64,000 nucleotides of DNA from Thermodesulfobacteriota bacterium (GTDB taxonomy: Bacteria > Desulfobacterota_D > UBA1144 > Nemesobacterales > Nemesobacteraceae). Below the pieces are notes generated by a model that searched no databases, was not told the DNA's origin, and saw only the letters and a program-made list of their open reading frames with translations. The stretch lies in assembly GCA_965232155.1 (NCBI GenBank), contig OZ246948.1:21698-85697 (forward strand), given 5' to 3'. The position numbers and the translations under genes were made by a program. Numbering within the stretch: the first letter of the stretch is position 1; each line of letters opens with the position of its first letter. Below are positions 1-10,129 of the stretch, one piece after another.

Positions 1-861
1 ATCTTCGTGTAAGAACTCGTAACCGGAGGAAAGGAGTTTCTCGGGGAAAACCATGCTGCTGGCAAGCATCGTGGAGCGGCCCATCTCTCCGAAGAGAAGC
101 TTTATGGCAAATGCGGGAGTTGAAAACCATGCGGGTTTTCGCAGAAGTGACGCAAGCGTGACAGTGAACTGCCTGTTAGTCACCGGATTTGGGGATACTG
201 CGTTAACGGGCCCGTCCACTTCTCCGTGTTCCAGAAGATAAATAATTATTCGCGAAAGGTCTTCTATCGATATCCAGCTTAGGTATTGACCACCGCTTCC
301 AAGAACTCCCCCAAGACCCATTTTAAAAAGAGGCAGTACAGATCTCAGTATGCCTCCTTTGGGACTCAGTACAACACCTGTGCGCAGATTTATTACCCTC
401 ACGCCAAGGTCCGAGGCCTTGTTGGCCTCATTCTCCCACTCACAGCAAAGATCGGGAAGAAACCCAGAACCAGCCGCGGAGCGCTCAGTGAGTCTTTCTT
501 CCGCCCTGTCCCCATAGTAACCGATTGCTGAAGCACAGATAAAGGTTTTGGGAGGATCTTGAAGTCCAGAGAAAAGACTCACCAGGTAGCGGGTAGTGTG
601 CACCCTGCTCCGCCGTATCGAAGTCTTTTTCCTTTTAGTCCACCTGCATACTATATTCTCCCCTGAGAGATGAACAACGGCATCAAAACCCTCAAGCAAA
701 GATGGATCGTCAACATGACCCCCCTCTGGATCCCAGAAAATCAGATTCTCTCCCTCAGCCCGCGATCTTACAAGACGCCATATCTCATAAGAATCCGAGG
801 GAGCGGAATTAAGAAGATGGGTTCCCACAACTCCGGTTGATCCTGAAACAAGTATCTTCAT
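1..861 (-). CDS. TIGR01777/YfcH-like NAD-dependent epimerase family protein (DUF1731). The 3' end runs off the window start.
   Basis: Manual translation of the minus strand from the ATG at 861-859 gives MKILVSGSTGVVGTHLL...GQYLSWISIEDLSRIIIYLLEHG...SSGYEFLHED. An AGGAG Shine-Dalgarno lies 5 nt upstream. The gene is absent from the ORF track because it has no in-window stop. Confidence 0.7.
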   Translation of the reverse strand, partial: MKILVSGSTGVVGTHLLNSAPSDSYEIWRLVRSRAEGENLIFWDPEGGHVDDPSLLEGFDAVVHLSGENIVCRWTKRKKTSIRRSRVHTTRYLVSLFSGLQDPPKTFICASAIGYYGDRAEERLTERSAAGSGFLPDLCCEWENEANKASDLGVRVINLRTGVVLSPKGGILRSVLPLFKMGLGGVLGSGGQYLSWISIEDLSRIIIYLLEHGEVDGPVNAVSPNPVTNRQFTVTLASLLRKPAWFSTPAFAIKLLFGEMGRSTMLASSMVFPEKLLSSGYEFLHED

Positions 862-885
862 GCTCCTAGCTGAAAGACCAGGGCC

Positions 886-1899
886 TCACGAGGCAAAAGC
901 TTCGATCAGTCGCTCTTGGTATTCCCTTACCTCCCTGAAATCAAGAAAATAATGAGGGGCACTGAGTACAGGAAGATCAATATATTTCCTGTATTCCTCC
1001 ACTCTCTCCCTGCAATGTTCCGCATCCCCTACAACGGCAAACGCATCAATCATTTCATCACTGACACCTTTTATCATAGCTCGGACATCTTTTCTACGAA
1101 AAGCATCCCTTATCCCTTTGACCTCATCCGTAAAACCATGAAGCCTGAAAGGAGGATCGTAGGCTTTTACCGTAGCGTAAAAAGCTATGGTCGCCCTGGC
1201 GGCTTCTCTAGCCCTTTCCCAGTCGTGCGAAACGGCGCAGGTAATAATTGAGCACTTCGTGAAATCTCCGTTTTTTTTACGTTTCTCGAGTCTTTCTTCA
1301 AGCGAAGGTGAAACTACCTTTTTTATATATTCAAGCGAACAGACTACATGCCCCATGTAGCCGTCCGCAATTTCGGCAGCAGCACCCACCATTTTGCTTC
1401 CTATTCCGGCCACGAATACAGGTATATTCTTTCTGACGGGTTCAAAGGCCCTTTTGTAACCTCTTGTGTTTACGCGGTAAAACTGCCCTTCAAAGACAAT
1501 ATCATCGCCCGTATGAGCCCCGGACAGAATCTCCCTTATTAACCCAACGCATTCCCTTATCCTAGCAACCGGCATGTCTCCATAGAAAACACCGTGGAAA
1601 TCCTCGTTTGTTCTCTTTGCACCGGTACCAAGACCAAGTATCAATCTCCCCGAACTTATTTCGTCAAGATCAAGAGAAGTAATGGAAGTAACCAGCGGGC
1701 TTCTTACGAACGCAAGAGCAACGGCGGTGCCAAGCTTTATTTTAGAAGTAACGGGAGCAACAGCTGAGAGCTGTTGAAAAGGGGTCCTGTAAAGTTCTGT
1801 GGCCCAGACGGAGTGAAAATTCGCTTTCTCAGCAGCAACAGCAAGATCCTTGAGTTCTTCGATTGATCTCGCATCAAGTATAAACCCGACTCTTTTCAT
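886..1899 (-). CDS. LLM-class, luciferase-like flavin-dependent (possibly F420-dependent) oxidoreductase
   Basis: The 352-aa ORF shows luciferase-like monooxygenase features. The internal Met, MKRVGFILD, is preferred as the start. The upstream start at 1944 would read through the putative rplQ terminator. Confidence 0.65.
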   Translation of the reverse strand: MKRVGFILDARSIEELKDLAVAAEKANFHSVWATELYRTPFQQLSAVAPVTSKIKLGTAVALAFVRSPLVTSITSLDLDEISSGRLILGLGTGAKRTNEDFHGVFYGDMPVARIRECVGLIREILSGAHTGDDIVFEGQFYRVNTRGYKRAFEPVRKNIPVFVAGIGSKMVGAAAEIADGYMGHVVCSLEYIKKVVSPSLEERLEKRKKNGDFTKCSIITCAVSHDWERAREAARATIAFYATVKAYDPPFRLHGFTDEVKGIRDAFRRKDVRAMIKGVSDEMIDAFAVVGDAEHCRERVEEYRKYIDLPVLSAPHYFLDFREVREYQERLIEAFAS

Positions 1900-1929
1900 C
1901 AGGTTTATTATAAATAATAGGAAAACGGG

Positions 1930-1957
1930 AAAAAACCCACCCAAGTCACACAGGGGG
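1930..1957 (-). terminator. Candidate rho-independent terminator at the end of the alpha operon, after rplQ
   Basis: On the minus strand, a GC-rich CCCCC...GGGTGGG hairpin is followed by TTTTTT, directly after the rplQ stop. Confidence 0.35.
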
Positions 1958-1970
1958 AAAACATAGGGAT

Positions 1971-2558
1971 TTAGTCCTGAGTTTTTTCGGAAGAATCAGC
2001 TTGCTCTTCAGGTTCTGAGGACTCAGCTTCGGTCACTTCTGCTTCGCCTTGGTTGTCCGCCTGGATCTCGGCGGTTTCCTCTTGCTCAACCAGACCAAGT
2101 TCTTCTGCGGATTTCTTCTTAGAACTTTTCTTCGGCGCACTCTCGGTCTTGGTCTTGGCGGTTTTGGGTTTTGCCTTCCGTCTTTTTCTTTTGGCCTTGT
2201 ACTCCTCGGTTACGAGTTCAATAAGAGAGATAGGGGCGTTGTCCCCCCTTCTGTAACCAAGTTTGACTATCCTCGTGTAGCCACCTGGACGCTCCATATA
2301 CCTCTGGGCAAGTTCGGAGAAAAGTTTTTCCACAACCGCACGGTCCCTTATATATCCCAGAGCCTTTCTTCTGGCGTGAAGGCTCCCGTTTTTACCCAAC
2401 GTTACCAGCTTCTCCACAACCCTTCTTATTTCCTTGGCCTTTGTGTCAGTTGTGTTTATTCTGCCGTTACGTAAAAGATCCGTAGCCATGTTGCGGAACA
2501 TGGCTTTTCTGTGTTTTGTGGTAACTCCCAGTTTTCTTCCTGATTTTCTGTGTCGCAT
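1971..2558 (-). CDS. rplQ: 50S ribosomal protein L17 with a C-terminal extension of about 75 aa
   Basis: The L17 core reads [11 protein letters not shown]...[16 protein letters not shown], followed by a Lys-rich and then acidic tail. Confidence 0.9.
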   Translation of the reverse strand: MRHRKSGRKLGVTTKHRKAMFRNMATDLLRNGRINTTDTKAKEIRRVVEKLVTLGKNGSLHARRKALGYIRDRAVVEKLFSELAQRYMERPGGYTRIVKLGYRRGDNAPISLIELVTEEYKAKRKRRKAKPKTAKTKTESAPKKSSKKKSAEELGLVEQEETAEIQADNQGEAEVTEAESSEPEEQADSSEKTQD

Positions 2559-2588
2559 CTTTTTGCCGTATACGAATCCAGGCCCTGA

Positions 2589-3614
2589 CTACTCTTCGGA
2601 ACTCTCGGAACTCCGCCTTTCTTTTTCGTTTTCAAAGACCTCGGTATCTATAATCATCCCAAGACTCAGACCCATTTCATTGAGTCTGGCGTTCACCTCT
2701 TCAAGAGAAGTTTTTCCGAAATTCTCAAGATCAAGAAGTTGCTGTTCCGTCCTCTGAACCACTTCTCCAATGTATTTTATTTCCGCCTTCTTAAGACAGT
2801 TTATGGATCTCACCGAAAGTTCCACGTCCTCTATGGGGATAAAAAGCTTGTCGTCTGTCCCGCTTATACCCATGGACTCTTCCTCTTCCACCTTGTCCAC
2901 AAGTTCCTCATCAAAATCAATGAAGATATTTAGCTGCTGCTTAATAATTTTTGCGCTGTAGGCAAGCGCCTCTTCAGGAAGAATCGTACCGTTTGTCCAT
3001 ATTTCAACGGTGAGTTTCTGATAATCGGTCCTCTGCCCTACCCTGGCGTTGGTAACCGCGTAATTAACTTTTTTGACGGGCGAAAAGAACGCGTCAACAT
3101 GTATCAGGCCTATTGACTTCTCCGTCTCTCTTCTTGATACCGGCTCATAACCGCTTCCCATATTCACTGTCAGCTCCATTTCAAGCTTCGCGTCATCTCC
3201 CAAGGTCGCTATGTGCTGTTCGCCGTTAACCACTTCCACCATGTGGGTAGTAGTTATATCAGAAGCTTTGACTTCTCCAGGACCCTGAGCACTCAGAGTC
3301 ACCGCCTGCGGTTCATAGGTATGCATTTTGAGATCTATGTTTTTAAGGTTCAGTATGATCTCAGTGACATCTTCCATAACTCCCGGTATGGTAGAAAATT
3401 CGTGCCGTACCCCGTCTATCATTACAGCGGTAATAGCAGGACCCTGTATTGAGGATAGGAGAACCCTTCTAAGCGCGTTACCAAGAGTAATGCCGTAACC
3501 CGGTTCGAGAGGTTCGCAGATAAATTTGCCGTAGAAAGGAGTTGATACCTGCTCGTCTTTTTCAAGCGCTTTGGGGTATTGCAGGTCTCTCCAGTTTTTC
3601 TGAAAATTCTCCAA
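2589..3614 (-). CDS. rpoA: DNA-directed RNA polymerase subunit alpha
   Basis: The 341-aa protein has RpoA N-terminal and CTD motifs and sits at the conserved position between rpsD and rplQ. Confidence 0.95.
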   Translation of the reverse strand: MENFQKNWRDLQYPKALEKDEQVSTPFYGKFICEPLEPGYGITLGNALRRVLLSSIQGPAITAVMIDGVRHEFSTIPGVMEDVTEIILNLKNIDLKMHTYEPQAVTLSAQGPGEVKASDITTTHMVEVVNGEQHIATLGDDAKLEMELTVNMGSGYEPVSRRETEKSIGLIHVDAFFSPVKKVNYAVTNARVGQRTDYQKLTVEIWTNGTILPEEALAYSAKIIKQQLNIFIDFDEELVDKVEEEESMGISGTDDKLFIPIEDVELSVRSINCLKKAEIKYIGEVVQRTEQQLLDLENFGKTSLEEVNARLNEMGLSLGMIIDTEVFENEKERRSSESSEE

Positions 3615-3644
3615 GTTTCACACCTCCGTCTGTGCCAAGCTTTT

Positions 3645-4283
3645 CTAGACTCTTGAGTAAAACTCAACAATCAACTGCTCGTCTATGGGAACCGTCACGT
3701 CTTCTCTCTCAGGAAGCTTGGTTACAACCCCGCTGTAATTTTCCCTGTCAAGCTCGAGCCACTGGGGGAAACCCCTTCTCTCAAGACCTTCAAGAGACTG
3801 GTTAACATGCGGATTGCTTCTGGTTTTTGTCTTGATCTCTATTTTGTTTCCTTCCTCAACGCTGAAAGAGGGAATGTTGACTCTCTTGCCGTCCACAAGA
3901 ACATGTCCAAGCCAGACCAAGTGCCTGGCCTCGTTGCGAGAACTCGCAAATCCGAGCCGGTAGACCACATTGTCAAGCCTTCTCTCAAGAAGCAGTATGA
4001 GCATAGCACCAGTCACTCCGCTTCTCCGTGCCGCCTCGGCAAAATAACGGCTGAACTGCTTTTCGGTCAACCCGTAAATACGCTTAACCTTCTGTTTTTC
4101 CCTCAATCTTATTCCGTAGTCGGAGAACTTGGAACGTCCAATCGCGGCCCCGTGAACGCCGGGTCCGCGGTTAGGCCTTTTCTGTATGGCACATTTTGAC
4201 GTATAACACCTAGCGCCCTTAAGAAAAAGCTGTTCGCCCTCTCTCCTGCAAAGCTTACAAGATGGTCCTCTATACCTAGCCAA
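3645..4283 (-). CDS. rpsD: 30S ribosomal protein S4
   Basis: MARYRGPSCKLCRREG... S4 signature. Confidence 0.95.
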   Translation of the reverse strand: MARYRGPSCKLCRREGEQLFLKGARCYTSKCAIQKRPNRGPGVHGAAIGRSKFSDYGIRLREKQKVKRIYGLTEKQFSRYFAEAARRSGVTGAMLILLLERRLDNVVYRLGFASSRNEARHLVWLGHVLVDGKRVNIPSFSVEEGNKIEIKTKTRSNPHVNQSLEGLERRGFPQWLELDRENYSGVVTKLPEREDVTVPIDEQLIVEFYSRV

Positions 4284-4334
4284 TTACCTTCTTCCTCCTC
4301 GCAAACAACGTGAACATAGCCTCTCCCACAATGT

Positions 4335-4718
4335 CTACACCCTTCTTCTTCCAGGGGGTCTGCAACCATTATGGGGGATCGGGGTGACATCCTTTATCAT
4401 CAGCACTTTCACCCCGGCAGCCTGAACGGCTCTTATCGCCGGCTCTCTTCCAGGACCGGGACCACTCACGTAAACATTAGCTGACTTCAGCCCTAAGGCC
4501 TTTGCCTTTTTCGATGCGTCATCCGCAGCCACCTGGGCCGCAAACGGCGTCCCCTTCCTAGTGCCCTTAAATCCCCTGTTGCCGCCGCTTGACCAAGCTA
4601 TGACGTTTCCATTCATATCGCTGACCGTGACTATAGTGTTGTTAAAAGTAGCCTGTATGTTGACCACTCCATGTTCAACGAATTTCTTTGTTTTTTTCTT
4701 TGTGAATTTTCTGCTCAT
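4335..4718 (-). CDS. rpsK: 30S ribosomal protein S11
   Basis: S11 signature ...[19 protein letters not shown]... Confidence 0.95.
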   Translation of the reverse strand: MSRKFTKKKTKKFVEHGVVNIQATFNNTIVTVSDMNGNVIAWSSGGNRGFKGTRKGTPFAAQVAADDASKKAKALGLKSANVYVSGPGPGREPAIRAVQAAGVKVLMIKDVTPIPHNGCRPPGRRRV

Positions 4719-4730
4719 CTGGAAAAACCC

Positions 4731-5111
4731 TTATTTGCCGGCTTTCTTCTTCTTCGCTATCGCTGTACCCCTGCGACCCTTTCTCGTTCTTGCGTTCGAC
4801 TTGGTTTTCTGACCTCTTACCGGAAGTCCCGTCCTGTGCCTAATGCCCCTGTAGCAACCTATCTCTATTAGGCGCTTTATGTTGAGCTGGACCTCTTTTC
4901 TCAGATCTCCCTCAACGGTGTACTCGCCTTCAATTATCGTCCGCAGCTTTGTTACTTCCTGATCGTCAAGATCCCCAGACTTCTTGTTCACATCTATACC
5001 GGCCTTATCGAGTATAACGTTTGAAGTCGCCCTACCTATACCGTAGATATACGTAAGACCTATCTCTACTCTTTTATTAAGCGGTATATCAACACCTGCT
5101 ATTCTAGGCAT
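4731..5111 (-). CDS. rpsM: 30S ribosomal protein S13
   Basis: [10 protein letters not shown]... S13 signature. Confidence 0.95.
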   Translation of the reverse strand: MPRIAGVDIPLNKRVEIGLTYIYGIGRATSNVILDKAGIDVNKKSGDLDDQEVTKLRTIIEGEYTVEGDLRKEVQLNIKRLIEIGCYRGIRHRTGLPVRGQKTKSNARTRKGRRGTAIAKKKKAGK

Positions 5112-5132
5112 TAAGGCATATCCTCCTGAGCG

Positions 5133-5246
5133 CTATCCTTGTCTCTGCTTGTGCCTTTTGTTAACACAGATCACGCGCACGACTCCCCTGCGCTTGATGA
5201 TCTTGCACTTGTCGCATATTTTTTTTACCGACGCCCTCGTTTTCAC
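5133..5246 (-). CDS. rpmJ: 50S ribosomal protein L36, with probable GTG start
   Basis: The C-terminal 37 aa of the 63-aa ORF read [37 protein letters not shown], the canonical L36 zinc ribbon. A GTG is at 5246-5244, preceded by AGGGG. Confidence 0.85.
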   Translation of the reverse strand: MKTRASVKKICDKCKIIKRRGVVRVICVNKRHKQRQG

Positions 5247-5265
5247 TTTGCTTTCGCCCCTGTCT

Positions 5266-5490
5266 TCACTTCTTGAGTCTATAGGTGATTCTTCCCTTTG
5301 TAAGATCGTAGGGAGATATCTCAAGCTTTACCCTGTCCCCGGGAAGTATCCTTATGAATCTCGTTCTCATTTTGCCGGATACATAAGCCAGCACCTCGTG
5401 ATTGTTCTCTATCTCAACCATGAACATCGCATTGGGCAGAGCTTTCGTTATAGTTCCTTCAAACTCTATTTTTTCTTCTTTCTCCATCAC
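5266..5490 (-). CDS. infA: Translation initiation factor IF-1
   Basis: 74 aa; S1-like OB fold ...[21 protein letters not shown]. Confidence 0.95.
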   Translation of the reverse strand: MMEKEEKIEFEGTITKALPNAMFMVEIENNHEVLAYVSGKMRTRFIRILPGDRVKLEISPYDLTKGRITYRLKK

Positions 5491-5496
5491 CCGTTC

Positions 5497-6261
5497 CTAG
5501 TGAATCCTTTCGGTAAGAATTTCAGGACCGTTATCCGTAAGAGCCACAGTATGCTCAAAATGAGCGGAAAGTTTACCATCATAAGTAACCGCCGTCCACC
5601 CGTCTTCGAGTATCTTCGTTTTTTCCGACCCCTCGTTCACCATAGGTTCTATGGCAATGACCATTCCAGAACGAAGTCTTATTCCTGCTCCCCTACCATT
5701 TGCAGGAATAAAATTCGGCACTTGCGGTTCCTCATGAAGTTCCCTGCCTATTCCGTGACCGACAAAATCTCTGACTATAGAAAAACCCTCGTTTTCAACA
5801 TAGGTCTGTATCTCTTTTGATATATCCAGAACTCTGTTTGAACTTTTCACCATGTCTATGCCCCTATAGAGGGAATTCCTGGTAACCCGAAGCAGCTTCT
5901 CGGCGACAGGCCGGATTTTACCGACCGCGACCGTTATTGCCGAGTCGGCATAATAACCGTCCAGGAGCACTCCGAAATCTATTCCCACTATGTCCCCGTC
6001 CCTAAGCACCTTTTTCTTCGAGGGAATACCGTGCACTATCTCTTCGTTAAGGGCAAAGCACACCGACGCCGGATAATTCGCGTAACCCTTAAAAGCGGCC
6101 TTATATCCCCCTGTTGCGCATATTCTTTCCGCAACCTCGTTAAGCTCCCAGGTGGTCACTCCTTCCTTTGCCTCTTCCTCAAGCCTCATAAGCACTTCGG
6201 AAACCACCCTGCCAGCAGCTCTCATGCGTTTGAGCTCTTCTCTGTTCTTCAAGCGAATCAT
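5497..6261 (-). CDS. map: Type I methionine aminopeptidase
   Basis: 254 aa. The MetAP metal-binding pattern reads ...DGYYADSAITVAVG...HGIG...EPMV...EHT. Confidence 0.95.
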   Translation of the reverse strand: MIRLKNREELKRMRAAGRVVSEVLMRLEEEAKEGVTTWELNEVAERICATGGYKAAFKGYANYPASVCFALNEEIVHGIPSKKKVLRDGDIVGIDFGVLLDGYYADSAITVAVGKIRPVAEKLLRVTRNSLYRGIDMVKSSNRVLDISKEIQTYVENEGFSIVRDFVGHGIGRELHEEPQVPNFIPANGRGAGIRLRSGMVIAIEPMVNEGSEKTKILEDGWTAVTYDGKLSAHFEHTVALTDNGPEILTERIH

Positions 6262-6827
6262 TACTGCAACTGCTTCAGCACGCCGTCTATTCTCTCGGCG
6301 ATATCCGATATCTGTCCCACTCCTTCAACTGCCCGCAGAACGCCGGTCTTTTCGTAAAAATCCTTAAGAGGGGATGTCTGGTCCTTGTAAACTCTAAGCC
6401 TGTTCCTTATCACATCCTCCGTGTCGTCCCGCCTGCTCTCTATTTTCTGGCGCTTGGTTATTCGCTGCACAACTTCCTCGTCGGGAACCTCGAGGAAAAT
6501 AACTGCGTCAATGCCGATTCCAGCTTCAGTGAGAATACCGTCAAGAGATCTTGCCTGCTCAAGGGTCCTGGGAAAACCGTCAAGCATAAAACCCCCCTCG
6601 CCAATCGCAGAGATTTTCTGTCTTATTATTTCCGTCACGACTTCATCAGGTACGAGCTCTCCCTTGTCCATAAACGATTTGGCGTAAAGCCCGACCTCAG
6701 TCTCATTTTTCATGGCTTCGCGCAGCACATCCCCGGTCGATATATGCTCAACCTCGTATTTCTCACTTATGAAATCAGCCTGCGTTCCCTTTCCGGCCCC
6801 AGGCGGTCCAAACAGTATCAATCTCAT
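6261..6827 (-). CDS. adk: Adenylate kinase, short-lid form without a Zn knuckle
   Basis: MRLILFGPPGAGKGTQA P-loop. No CxxC lid. Overlaps the map start. Confidence 0.95.
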   Translation of the reverse strand: MRLILFGPPGAGKGTQADFISEKYEVEHISTGDVLREAMKNETEVGLYAKSFMDKGELVPDEVVTEIIRQKISAIGEGGFMLDGFPRTLEQARSLDGILTEAGIGIDAVIFLEVPDEEVVQRITKRQKIESRRDDTEDVIRNRLRVYKDQTSPLKDFYEKTGVLRAVEGVGQISDIAERIDGVLKQLQ

Positions 6828-6850
6828 AATCTTCGGTATTCTCCCTTGCG

Positions 6851-8179
6851 TCAGAACCTGTATCTCTGCGGTTCTTTCATTCCCTTCTTCTTTATAAATC
6901 CTTCATAACTGTGAGTTATCAGAAAAGATTCGATCTGCTGCATGAAATCAAGCGTTACCCCTATTACTATAAGAAGTGACACGCCTCCGAAGTAAAACGG
7001 CAGATTAAAAGGTTCTCTTTCAAGAAACGCCGGCAACACGCAGACCGCCGCCACGTATATAGCCCCTATAAAAGTGATTTTCCCTAGCACATTGCCTATG
7101 TATTCCGATGTCTTTCTGCCCGGCCTTATTCCCGGTATGTTTCCGCCGTTTTTCCTCAGGTTGTCCGAGAGATCGTCCGGATCGTATATTATCGAGGTAT
7201 AGAAGAAGGCAAAGAATATTATGAGTACGGCGAAGATCAGGTTGTATACGAACACGTTTTGAAACACAAGGTCAGAGAAGGTGCGAATAGCCGGAACATC
7301 GGCAAACGTGACAATAGTAGCGGGGAAAATAAGCAGAGAAGAAGCGAAGATCGGCGGAATGACTCCCGAAGGATTGGTTTTAAGAGGAAGATGGGAACTC
7401 TGCCCTCCCATTACCTTTCTTCCTACGACCCTTCTGGGATACTGAACCGGTATCTTCCGGTAGGAACGCTCAAAGTAAACTATAAGGCCCATAAGAAGTC
7501 CCAGGAAAATAAAAATAAGCAAAACCCCCAGAACGGTAATCTCCCCAGTGCCGACGAGCCTTGAGAGATTCCAGAACGCCCCGGGAATACTGGCTATTAT
7601 CGATGCGGCGATAAGAAGAGATACCCCGTTTCCGATTCCGTTCTCTGTTATCTGCTCTCCAAGCCACATAACAAAAAGTCCGCCCGCGGTGAGCGTGAGA
7701 ACTGCCGTAATCTTGAACATCAGACCGGGGTCTGTAACGGCGCTTGCCACAGTAGCCGCTCCTACCCCGCCGCGCTCAAGGGTAACCGCAAGCATAAAAC
7801 CCTGAATGAGACATATAAGAACGGTGCCGTACCTTGTGTACTGATTTATCCTTCTCCTTCCGGCGTCGCCTTCTTTCTGCATTGCTTCAAGTGAAGGAAA
7901 GGCCTTTACCAGAAGCGACATGATGATTGAAGCAGTAATGTAGGGCATAACCCCCAGGGCAAAAATCGACGCTTGCTCAAGCGCCCCCCCGGAGAACATG
8001 TTAAGTATGTCGAATATCGTGCCGCGGGTCTGCTCGAACATCTTGGCAATCTGGTCCGGATCGATCCCTGGAATCGGAACGAAAACCCCTGCCCTGTAAA
8101 CAATGAGCATTAAGGCTGTAAAAAGAAGTTTCCTGTTAAGTTCCGGAATTCTGGGAAGTGACGCGACATTACTGCTCAT
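6851..8179 (-). CDS. secY: Preprotein translocase subunit SecY
   Basis: 442-aa polytopic membrane protein at the conserved position after rplO. Confidence 0.95.
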   Translation of the reverse strand: MSSNVASLPRIPELNRKLLFTALMLIVYRAGVFVPIPGIDPDQIAKMFEQTRGTIFDILNMFSGGALEQASIFALGVMPYITASIIMSLLVKAFPSLEAMQKEGDAGRRRINQYTRYGTVLICLIQGFMLAVTLERGGVGAATVASAVTDPGLMFKITAVLTLTAGGLFVMWLGEQITENGIGNGVSLLIAASIIASIPGAFWNLSRLVGTGEITVLGVLLIFIFLGLLMGLIVYFERSYRKIPVQYPRRVVGRKVMGGQSSHLPLKTNPSGVIPPIFASSLLIFPATIVTFADVPAIRTFSDLVFQNVFVYNLIFAVLIIFFAFFYTSIIYDPDDLSDNLRKNGGNIPGIRPGRKTSEYIGNVLGKITFIGAIYVAAVCVLPAFLEREPFNLPFYFGGVSLLIVIGVTLDFMQQIESFLITHSYEGFIKKKGMKEPQRYRF

Positions 8180-8619
8180 ACTATTTCCACTTTTCCTCCC
8201 GCGTCATTTATCTTGCGCGCGGCCGCCTCGCTGCAGGCATTGACCGTTATGGAAAGCGCCGAGGCAATCTCGCCGGTAGCCAGGAGTTTTACGGGTTTTT
8301 TGCCGCTTACTATCCCCGCATCGGCAAGCGTCTGGATCGTAACCGACTCTGCATCCGCAAAACGCTCAAGATCTTTCAAGTTAACTATGTCGTACTGTTT
8401 TTTGAATATGTTTGTAAAGCCCCTTTTCGGGCTCCTCATTTTCAGGGGAGTCTGACCGCCTTCAAACCATCTGGATACCCCTTTCCCCGAACGGGATCCC
8501 TGGCCCTTATGCCCTCTCCCGCTGGTTTTTCCCTGAGAACCCGCACCTCTTCCTACCCTTTTTCTTTTTGTCTTAGATCCCTTAACCGGTGAAAGTTCGT
8601 CTAGCATTTTCTTTTGCAC
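8176..8619 (-). CDS. rplO: 50S ribosomal protein L15
   Basis: Gly/Arg-rich L15 signature. A 20-nt gap separates it from rpsE, so there is no room for rpmD. Confidence 0.95.
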   Translation of the reverse strand: MQKKMLDELSPVKGSKTKRKRVGRGAGSQGKTSGRGHKGQGSRSGKGVSRWFEGGQTPLKMRSPKRGFTNIFKKQYDIVNLKDLERFADAESVTIQTLADAGIVSGKKPVKLLATGEIASALSITVNACSEAAARKINDAGGKVEIV

Positions 8620-8639
8620 TCCACTGTTAAGCGCGCGTT

Positions 8640-9176
8640 CTACTGAACCGCACCATAGTAATTAGGAAGATCGAGATCCTTTATCTCCTTGTTCCTCGTC
8701 TTTGCGATTTCTTCAGGGACCTGCAGTTCCGAGAGCCCTTTTATAACCCCCATAACGACATTAAGCGGGTTCCTTGATCCGACAACTTTGGAGAGAACAT
8801 CGTGTATGCCTGCAAGTTCGACCACCGCACGCACCGCACCACCCGCTATAACGCCCGTACCCGGGGCGGCAGGCAGGAGCATAACCTTGCTTGATACATA
8901 TTCCGTGTGAACTCCATGCGGTATGGTGGAGCCGTTGCGCGGCACCCTTATGAGAGTTTTCTTCGCTTTTTCAACCGCCTTTCTTACGGCATCTGGAACC
9001 TCATTCGATTTTCCCAGGCCAGCTCCCACAACTCCGTCGGAGTTTCCGACCACGGCAAGAACGGTAAAGTGGAACCTTTTTCCACCCTTGGTCACCTTAG
9101 CGACCCTCCTTATGTGAACCACTTTTTCTTGTAATTCAAGTTCCGCCGGATTTATTCTCTCATCTGCCAAAACCAA
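8640..9176 (-). CDS. rpsE: 30S ribosomal protein S5
   Basis: ...VVKVTKGGKRF..VLAVVGNSDGVVG... S5 signature. Confidence 0.95.
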   Translation of the reverse strand: MVLADERINPAELELQEKVVHIRRVAKVTKGGKRFHFTVLAVVGNSDGVVGAGLGKSNEVPDAVRKAVEKAKKTLIRVPRNGSTIPHGVHTEYVSSKVMLLPAAPGTGVIAGGAVRAVVELAGIHDVLSKVVGSRNPLNVVMGVIKGLSELQVPEEIAKTRNKEIKDLDLPNYYGAVQ

Positions 9177-9196
9177 AGCCTCCTTTAATTTTTCTC

Positions 9197-9571
9197 CTAA
9201 AACTCCACTCCCGCCTCGCGGATCCCGTCGGCAAGCGACTTTATCCTTCCGTGGTAAGCGTAACCCCCTCTGTCAAAACGCACCCTGGTTATGCCCTTCT
9301 CGACGGCCATCTCCCCGAGATGCTTTCCAACCTCTTTGGCAACCTCGCTTTTCTTCATGTTCTCAGCAGACAACCTCTTTTTCGTCTCAGGAAACATCGT
9401 TGACGCCTGAAGAAGGGTGACTTCTGCTGTATCATCTATCAGCTGGGCGTATATATGCCTTGCCGAACGAAAAACGGAAACCCTGGGAATCTCAGCGGTT
9501 CCGCTTATCTTTTTCCTCACAGCAAGGTGTCTTCTTTTACGCGCCTGATTTCTGGTTTTCCTTTTTGTCAT
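9197..9571 (-). CDS. rplR: 50S ribosomal protein L18
   Basis: 124 aa; L18 signature ...FDRGGYAYHGRIKSLADGIREAG. Confidence 0.95.
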   Translation of the reverse strand: MTKRKTRNQARKRRHLAVRKKISGTAEIPRVSVFRSARHIYAQLIDDTAEVTLLQASTMFPETKKRLSAENMKKSEVAKEVGKHLGEMAVEKGITRVRFDRGGYAYHGRIKSLADGIREAGVEF

Positions 9572-10119
9572 TACTTAGCCGCTCCAGCTTTTCCTGGTTT
9601 AAGCCTCAACTTCTCACCTTCGTAACGAACACCCTTGCCCTTATATGAATCGGGTGGCCTTATCTTTCTTATACGTGCCGCGGTCTCTCCCACGAGCTGC
9701 TTATCAATTCCATGAAGCGAGAGCAGGGTGCCCCGTTCCTCCACGGTCGCCTCTACTCCCTGGGGAAGAGGGAAATCAACCGGATGGGAGTAACCGAGTG
9801 AAAGCCTGAGACCCTCTTTCCCCACCAGGTCCGCCTTGTAACCCGTGCCGGTTATGCGAAGCACCTTAGTAAATCCTTCACTCACCCCTATTACTGAATT
9901 GTTAATAAGGCTTCGCGTAAGACCGTGAAAAGACTTTATTCTTTTCTCTTCGCCTTGCCTGGAAACAATCACGGTTCCGTCCTCAAATACGGCCTTTATT
10001 CCTTCGGGTATGGTAACCTCAAGGCTTCCCTTTGGCCCCTTGATTTCGATAGTCCCCTGTCTGGGCGTCGCCGTCACCCCGTCGGGAACAGCCACTGGTT
10101 TTGTTCCTATTCTTGACAT
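9571..10119 (-). CDS. rplF: 50S ribosomal protein L6
   Basis: MSRIGTKPVAVPDGV... Confidence 0.95.
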   Translation of the reverse strand: MSRIGTKPVAVPDGVTATPRQGTIEIKGPKGSLEVTIPEGIKAVFEDGTVIVSRQGEEKRIKSFHGLTRSLINNSVIGVSEGFTKVLRITGTGYKADLVGKEGLRLSLGYSHPVDFPLPQGVEATVEERGTLLSLHGIDKQLVGETAARIRKIRPPDSYKGKGVRYEGEKLRLKPGKAGAAK

Positions 10120-10129
10120 TCGCCCGTCC

